DNA of 64,000 nt, taken from Amoeboaphelidium protococcarum X5. Lineage: Eukaryota > Fungi > Aphelidiomycota. A model generated the notes under the pieces. It did no database searches. It saw only the letters and a list, made by a program, of their open reading frames with translations, and was not told the DNA's origin. Position numbers and translations under genes: made by a program. Positions 56,086-64,000 of this stretch are shown here, one piece after another. Each line of letters opens with the position of its first letter. Position 1 is the stretch's first letter. The stretch covers positions 930,001-994,000 of the forward strand of contig JALDTO010000146.1 in NCBI GenBank assembly GCA_023515725.1. The letters are read 5' to 3'.

Positions 56086-56871
56086 ATGTGGTTATTAATT
56101 GCGTTGATACTCCTAACAGTCTTTGACGCTAATCCCACCGTATTCTCCGAGCTCATGATAACCTCCGGCCTTGTACTGTTGGATGAAGTCAAGTGGATAT
56201 CGTTCCATTCTAGCTATGATTTTGCGTACCTGATCAAAGTTCTCTCTGGCTATGGTACACCTGATAATAATGGCTACCATGGCTAGTTAAAGTAGAATGG
56301 ACTTGGTAAGACTGAGTTGGAGTTCTTTGACGTGCTCAGGCTCTGGTTCCCGTGTATCTATGACATCAAGTATCTGATGAGGAGTTGCAAGAATCTCAAG
56401 GGTGGTCTCTAGGACGTGGCGGATGAGCTCAAAGTGGAGAGAGTTGGCCCACAGCATCAGGCGGGAAGTGATTCTCTGCTCACTGCTCTAACCTTCTTTT
56501 AGATGCGAAAGACGTATTTTAAAGGCCATATTGATGATTAAAAGTATCTCGGCAACCTGTATGGACTTGGATCAAATACTCAGTATATACCAGACTCATC
56601 CCTGCTTGGATCTCAGTCATCGCTAGCTTCCATATAGACTACAGAGTCATTGTAGTAGTAACAGTAGCAGGAATCTTCGCTTTAATTATCGTAATCCAGC
56701 CAATAGTCGTAATAATTATAATACAACAATGTGGCCAAGCATATTCATAATCTCATAGCAGAAACTTATGATCCCAACGCCAAGATTGGACCAACTGGAA
56801 TTGCATCAACGGCCACTGCGAACGACATTGCTATCAACGTCATTTCTGGAATGTCAATGAATTACCAATGA
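56086..56871 (+). pseudogene. CAF1: 5'-truncated CAF1/POP2 (CNOT7/8) deadenylase
   Basis: FSELMITSGLVL..WISFHSSYDFAYL..IYDIKYLM..LKGGLQDVAD..QHQAGSDSLLT..LYGLG present. The N-terminal part with DTEFPG is not found upstream. Confidence 0.75.
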
Positions 56872-57125
56872 TTGATTGTTCTTTGATATATATAGTTTGT
56901 ACTTTGTCTCTACTTGCTTTTACTTGATGTTGTAGAAATCTATGTTTTCATATATTATTTTAATTGATTGGGAATTGGTTAATTAAAAAGTTAGGAGTCA
57001 ATGTTCAATCTGTCTATCCCACACGTAGATAGTAGAATGGACAGACTAATAAAGCGAAATAGTAAACAGTCTATAAAGTACATAAATCATACATTGAATA
57101 TATATCAGTTCAGTTCAGAAGTGGT

Positions 57126-58079
57126 TCATATCAATTCACGGTCAATCAGAGTGTTTAGATGCGTGGAAGCCTCGAAGACTTTGAGCAAGTGCAACAACTC
57201 ACGACATTGAGTGATTTAACGACGTGGCGCATTATCCCTTCCACCACCAGAATTATACGCCGCCTTCATTATAGACGATACAAATTACAAAGCACGCTCA
57301 GATGAATCTTAATCTTGTGATGCACCTCCATCTCTTACTCCGGCAACATTCATTTCATTATTATTTCTGAGTTAATGTTAATGAAGCTACACCTACTTAT
57401 GGAATTAACGCAATGAATCAAGTCTAGATTACAATAATTCAACCTCATCCACTCGCGATGACATTAAATCTCTAATGGCAATCTTTTCTGCAATGTCATT
57501 ACTACTATAATCTCCTGTGTTCTATACCACCACATCCAACTGAGACTACTACGCTGATTAACTGCGCGTCATGATTTAGCCATCCTATTAAAGTAACTTG
57601 GTATCAAGTGAGAGTCCATCTCTGCTAGAGAATTAGCAATTTATAAGCAGTGACGGTTATTGCACTTTGGCCTTTTAATCATTCATTAGAATACCGACAT
57701 GTTGTTGTAAAAGTTTACTGTTAATTGAAAAGTTATTCGCACCATAAGTGGATAAAGGGGGACATAAATATAGGCCAAGGACTGTCAGCGATTCATTGTG
57801 TTGCAGGTGAAAGTCAAGGATTCTTTAACAACTAGCACGCCATTATTCACTAGACTCTATATTATCCTTATCACAAGAACTAGATGGAAGTTGAAAGCAA
57901 GCTGAAACTTGATATTAATCAGAATCTTAATCCAGCACATTGCCAAGCAGTACTCCAAGACAGCAATTACTCTCAATCTCAGCATTCTTAAAGTCAATAT
58001 TATTAGCTTTCACATATTGTAAATGATTACTAATCTCAAAAAGAACCTGAGGAGATACTACAACTCGGGACATTGACAT
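57126..58079 (-). CDS. Divergent MPN-domain protein, COP9 signalosome subunit 6/eIF3f-like
   Basis: VVVSPQVLFEISNH, LGVLLG, ACFQL, VLGLY, AEKIAI. 318 codons with TAR=Gln. Confidence 0.62.
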
Positions 58080-58293
58080 TATTGAAGTTGATGATTCTAT
58101 TCTAATACAATCGTCGTTATTAATTGAGACCACAAGAAGAAACGAAGATGGAGAAAGAGAGGCAGCTCGAGAGCTTTGCCTAACAGAGTTTATTCAAAGC
58201 GCGTCTTTGAATTTATCTCTTCATTACAATTTGTTTACAATCGAAACGTCGTTATTATAGATCGTGGCACATTTAAATTACAATTATAGTACC

Positions 58294-58669
58294 ATGAAGA
58301 AGTAAGACTTGCACCCCTTATAATGTATCTGATATAGTTGTATTTGGCTATTATTATATATAAATGTGTAGAGATATCCCAATGAGATTGAAGAATAACG
58401 CGTCATCCTCTGGTGCGATTGGAGGAGCGCGACGGTCTGGATAGAAAGGCGGAGTTAAAGGCGGTAAATTGTAATAATAGTGCGGCGCTGAGATGGATGC
58501 TCTGTTCTAGTGCTGGAAATCACATAGTGTGGATAGTGCATCGTGTGCTCTATTAGCTCAAAGTTTGCAGCGGTGCCTCAACACTGTTCAATCTACTCCG
58601 GCCGTTGATAATGAGCGACTAAACGCGTACCTTCATAAGGTATTTCTCAAAACCGGTCCATTGTCTTGA
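58294..58669 (+). CDS. MRP10: Mitoribosomal small subunit protein mS37 (twin CX9C); intron 58302-58371
   Basis: CGAEMDALFQCW..CALLAQSLQRC..RLNAYLHK. Confidence 0.75.
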
Positions 58670-58895
58670 AGTATATTGAATATTATTATTGAATAGATCA
58701 TTGTTGTTTGAAATTGCACACTATTATGATTATAAAACTGGAAAGAGAAAATCTAAAGCTTTAACGCAATTCACAACTATTTAATACATTATTCATCGTC
58801 ATTTCATCCTTATTATATCTGAACATCAAATTTTTATCCACATTTCCCAATTTTACAACATTCAAAATTAATCATTAATTCCTAACATATCAAGA

Positions 58896-61800
58896 TCAGT
58901 ACTACTCACCAGCAACACTTGGATCTTAACGAGTCTGTTCCACTTGAGCAGATTTCTGGGTAGGTACAGTATAGGTAGCATTCTTGGTAGCGCTACCACC
59001 ACCGCTGCTAAACATCTTGTGGCCATACTTCCTGAATAGGAAGAATCCACCAGCCAGCAGTAATAGACCACCAACAGTTGCACCAATAGCAATACCAATG
59101 ATAGCACCAGTACTCAGAGCATTTGTAGAACCAGTAACAAATCCAGCGGCACCACATCTGCCAAAAGCCACGGAAGCACTCTTCAAATTACCGCGGTAAG
59201 TTGCAACAAATCCTAGACCATAACGCTTATCTGGGTTATATCTGTAGATCATGGCAGTATTAGCATTCGCAGAGGTATTGCCAGCAAAGTCAGCTCCGCC
59301 AAAGGAAGAAATGGAGTTCCACTTACCAACGCCACTGTCAGAGTAACTAATATCCAAACTGGTGTTGAATCTCACAATCTAACACCCAGTGGTGGAAGTG
59401 AGCTCAAGCAGATAGTTGGAGTAGTTCTAAGTCACCAAGAAGGATACGCGATTAGCCAGGTTGTTAATCAAGCGACTATTAGTGGCAGAAATAGTCTACG
59501 GAACAGGCACCTCCACGTAAGATGAGGTATTAGTAGTAGCATTGTAGCGGAACGGATAAGTATTCAAGGTACCATACAGCACAAATCCAAAGCCCAGCAG
59601 GTTGTTCACAGATCCCAATCCCATCATTCCAGTATCAACATTAACTCTGGTGACCTGAGTCAATTCTCTAGCCACGGAGTTCAGGATCAAGTTGTCGTTG
59701 GCCGGACCATTAAAGTTCAGTGCAGAGGCACAAGATGCAATGACAGTCACCGGATTACTCAGTGAGTACACCTCACCATACTGACCAACCACAGCCAGCT
59801 ACAGCTTGTAAGTACCAGCGACATCAGGGCGGAAACACACACTAAACATACCAGCATTTCTCAACTCAGCCTGAGAACAATACACCATTAGCTGACTAAA
59901 TTTAGTCTCCAAAGTATACGTAGTAGTAGTGGTGTTACTCTAAACACTCTTGATATAAGAGAACGTTGAATTAACGCTGATAGTGGTATTCACAGTGGAA
60001 GAACCAATAGAAGACCCAGTAGAACGAGACTCGGTATAGTTGCTAAAAGCACTATATACAGGAGCCTGCACCACATACCAGTAAGAGTTAGAATACACAT
60101 TAGCATAGGTGGTATTGGTAAATGTCGTTAAGTTAGCATTGATGTTCACTTGAGGGAAGCCTTGACTGCGACCAGACATCACCGCCTGAATATTGGAAGT
60201 GAACTGAGTGCCAGGCACAATAGTGTAAGGAGCAACAGCATTATACTGAATGGTGGCAGTACTATTAGTATCACAGCTAGACGACACAAGCGCCAAGGAG
60301 ATTGAATGCTGACCAAGAATGCTTGGAGTAAAGGTGATAAAGCCAGCATTAACCGAGATTGCCACAGTTGCTCCATAGCGATCCTTGACTGACCATTATT
60401 TGGTGTATCCGACCGTTGTAGCATCAAAGGGAGTGTAAGATACATTCACCGAATTGCCAGGAATCAGTGTGGAAGTCAGCACAGGAGTTGGAATGGATCC
60501 ACAATTGACAGTCAGCGTATAGGTGCTGTTAATAGCCTAGCATTGATCGCTTGCCGTCAGATCCAACTTGTAACTTCCCTTTGCAAGCTGTGTAACATAA
60601 TTAGTTCCAACTGAACTGGAAACGACAGCATTAGACTAATCATATACCGTCCAATAGAATTGAGTTCCAACTGCAGCACCGACATTAGCAGCAGCAGTAA
60701 GATTGATGCTCTACATGACTCCATTAACATCAGAGGCGGTGAAAGCACCAGTGGCAGTCACAGAACTTAAAGTATTTGGACAGGTGACAGTAAACGTCTG
60801 AGTGCTGGTGGACTAAGCACAGCCATCATTAAATAGCAGCGACATAGTGTACTAACCAGCCCAGGTTGGAGCAGTAGAGTATGGATTAACAGTGAATCCC
60901 GAGGCAGTCTACAGCGTACCAACTAAACCATTAGGATTAGCACCCAGAGTATTGCGATAGAAGTAGTTGTTGTAAACAGCAGGGAAACCAGTCATGTTAT
61001 ATCTATACTTGCTAAAGTACTGACAAGTGGTATTAGATACAGAAGCGGTAAACTAAGCACTTGTGCCACTTGCAATACTAGCTGCGGTAGACATACTCAA
61101 TGTACCAGAACAGGTGTTCTCACAAAGCACGCGCACAATGGTAGAGTCATAACCAATAGATGATTTACAAGTTCCAGCAGACACTGCCAGAGTAATGTTA
61201 TAATCACCTGCAGCATTAGGACTAAAGGTGACAGTGCCAGCAGAAGTGGAGTCCAGGTAGGTGGAGGCTTAATTTGATGGATCAAATGACGTAGTCACAT
61301 TCCACTTTCTGGTCAAGGTACGACCGCTACCCAGCAAAAGATAGTCATAACTTTCGCTGGATCTAAAGCCCATCTGAGGGTACGTAGCAGACGTGTAATT
61401 GTAATAGACAAATTTCTGAGAAGAGCCAGGCAAGGAATTACCCAGAGTTTAGTCAACGTTGCAAGTTCCGGCAACAGAGTTACAGTGATCAATCATGGCA
61501 ACAGGTGGAGGACCACAGCTAACAGTCAGAGGAACCGAATCAGTCTGCCAGTAACAAGTATTACTGGTATTAACCATAAGATTATACTAACCAAGACAAC
61601 CACCCGGAACCACATCCTAAAACTCGACAGTAAAGGATTGTGAAGTAGGATTAGCGATCTGGATATTACAGACATCAATACGAGGTTGCACTTGGAAGAA
61701 TGTAGTCAACTGCAACGGTTAAGTAGTAGTATTAACATCTTTCACGGTCTTAAAGTATACGCTAGGAATACTGTAAGAGTTGTAAGCATTAGTTGCACCA

Positions 61801-64000
61801 GGTCCAACACTTGTTGATGTAGGAGTAGACATAGAGCTAGTCAGTTAGGTTGTTGGGGAAGACACATTGAAAAATGTCACATTCTATGGATAATGCAGCA
61901 CGATCGTATTAGGATAAGCAGTATAGTCAGCCTTCAGACCAGGGGCAATCATCGAAAAGTCAAAAGTCCAGTTATAATTGGAGGCCACACCAGACTCAAT
62001 AGATGACTAATAGGTGAACTGAGGATATCCACTGCTTCCAGAACCACCGCTGAGTACTGCATAATTATTAGCAGTCTTAATGATCATTCCTTATACGCCA
62101 ACACTTGGACTCCAAGCAACACATGCAACATCGACACCAACAATCTTCTCGTAATACTGACAACCATCATAGACAACCAGTTGCAGAACATGCTTACCGA
62201 CACTTTATGGTACAAATCTTGGGCGATACCCATTCGCATTCACCAACTCTGGAAAAGAATCTTCACCAGGTACGGAAATGACCTTCCAGCTCATCTTACG
62301 CACACGGGATCCATCAGACACAGAAGAAGAGACCTGAACAAGAGGCATTCCAAAGAATGGATTGACATTCACAGTAAAGTTATTGGCGGTGATACTCAAA
62401 GGACTCGAAGATGACCCAGTACACTCCACACGCAGGTAGACAGTGTCGTAACTCACACGGTTCAGGCGATCAGTTGCGGTCAGGTTCAAGCAATAATCAC
62501 CAGCAACAGCTTCAGGCAAGAATACTTTAGTACGGTTATTCTACTTGTCAACCAATACGGAATTAGGTGGAGTCGCAACATTCATGAGCTTAGATGGTAG
62601 ATTGTTCAATGCAATACTGGATATAATATTACCATTCTGACAAACCTCAGCACAGTCAGAAGGAACAAAGCCAGCCGAGTGGAAACGGCCAAATTTACAA
62701 AAGGAAAAGCACTCTTAGTTGACAATCTCCTGGTAATCCAAAGCGATACCAGCAGCGTTAGTTCTACCAGAATCCTGCTTACAAGCATCCTACAAGAAGC
62801 CAGGCAGGCGAGAGCAATCCTGTGATTCAGACTTGTAAGGAGTCTTTGCATTCTCAGAAGAGACCCAGTCAGACTTGGTAACAGCAGCGTTGGTCAAATC
62901 AAACGCAATCAGATCTTCCGGAACACGTTGCCAGTTGGCAGCAATGTTAGCCTCATCGACATCAGTAACAAAGGCAGTGCCATTAGCGGAACTCAAATCA
63001 TCATCAGCACAAGAGTTGTAATTACCACACAAACCAGATGTGGCATTGAAAAGCAGAGGAGATGCCTGGACACGAACGTTTATGCCCAACTACGACTGCT
63101 TAATAGCGACATAGGTACCATTCACATTGTGAGAAAACTGGAACACATTCTCAGGCAAAATCTACTGGACTGTCCATACAGACGAGTAGGACTGATACTC
63201 GGAAGGATCAATTTTAACCAGCGAAAAGGTAGATGTCTGGTAATAGACTTGCATGGTGTCGTAAGCTGGCTCCAACATAAACAAGTAACGGGTATAAGAT
63301 GGGTTCCAGTAGGACACAGCCACACCAGTCATACATGTTGTACTAGCCCCAGCATAACAAGGCGTTACCAAAGCCTAAATTTCGAATGCATTCTTTGGAG
63401 AGTTGACCAGCCAATACACACCAGTGCCAGAGAACCCATAGCTCAAACCATCAAATGAGATCACACGAGGATCACCGAAAGCTCTGCACACAAAACCATC
63501 ACCATTGTTGATCAGATTTGCAAAGTCGGCAACAACGCTCTGGTAGTCAGACCAATTAGGCACAGTGAAAACATAACGAGATGGCGGACGACTAGCAATG
63601 TTAGCCATGTACTACTTTCTCAAGGTAGTGGAAGCGGTAACAAAGTAAATCTAAGTACCCTTGGCTTTGATGTTCATGGCAACCTGCGTGGGATCATTGA
63701 TCAGAGGTTGACTGTAAGGTCCTTTGGAAGCAAGAACGATGATTATGCGAGTTCTATTACTACCAGTAGTGTAATCAAACCTTGAATCAGCAATAGTCAA
63801 TGCAGACGCCAGGTTAATCATAGCATCAGACCCAGATGAGGTACTGGTCATGGCAGCAATGGAGTTGGACGCAGCGACCCAGTCATTGGTTTTGTTTAGA
63901 ATAACTGATCCAGCATTCATTCTCAAAGCAACAACTGTATTCTGCTGAGTAGCAGAAGGTTAGCTTAGGAAGGCACGAGTAACTACACACAATGAACGAG
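58896..64000 (-). CDS. Large type I membrane protein: vWA + vWD + beta-sandwich (PKD/Ig-like) repeats + TM + short tail; 5' end outside the window
   Basis: All long ORF fragments lie in one frame, about 1700 codons. RIIIVL..NIASRPPSRYVFTV (vWA end), CRAFGDPRVISFDG and GLCGNYN (vWD), recurring Y.L.L...DG strands, TM GAIIGIAIGATVGGLLLLAGGFFLF-RK. Confidence 0.82.

Noticed and set aside
62928-63458. 176-aa plus-strand ORF, and similar antisense ORFs such as 8369-8725, 8921-9304 and 3622-3984
   Set aside because: They lie opposite well-supported genes and show no recognisable motifs.

Overview
Compact, gene-dense eukaryotic nuclear DNA with about 35 protein-coding loci in 64 kb, short 55-77 nt GT-AG introns and many head-to-head gene pairs. 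It comes from an early-branching fungal-lineage opisthokont. The supplied ORF track is fragmented because the organism does not use the standard code: TAA and TAG sit in frame at conserved Gln positions, and every complete gene ends in TGA (translation table 6). The only opisthokont I know with this code is the aphelid Amoeboaphelidium protococcarum, so that is the probable source (inference). Re-read with TAR=Gln, the window holds PRO2, RFA1, a signal-peptide-bearing CrtU-like flavoprotein, SQR, PCCB, an Lnt/nitrilase-like membrane protein lacking its catalytic Cys, WDR5, a tiny Atp18-like gene, a two-box HMG protein, DUF1294, an atypical long G-alpha, DPH2, PCF11, a Crinkler-like pseudogene, PPZ, GET1, an F-BAR-RhoGAP, a TLC protein, DUG2, a RapGAP, AVT2, an SGNH-like protein, BUD32, RPC17, a cyclin, VMA9, CDC7, a PAP2 phosphatase, UBC8, CAP1, PINCH, a run of four adjacent broken genes (53.6-56.9 kb), a CSN6-like gene, MRP10 and a large vWA-vWD single-pass surface protein. 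All family calls come from manual translation and motif recognition; no database search was run. No rRNA, tRNA, CRISPR array or intact transposon was recognised.
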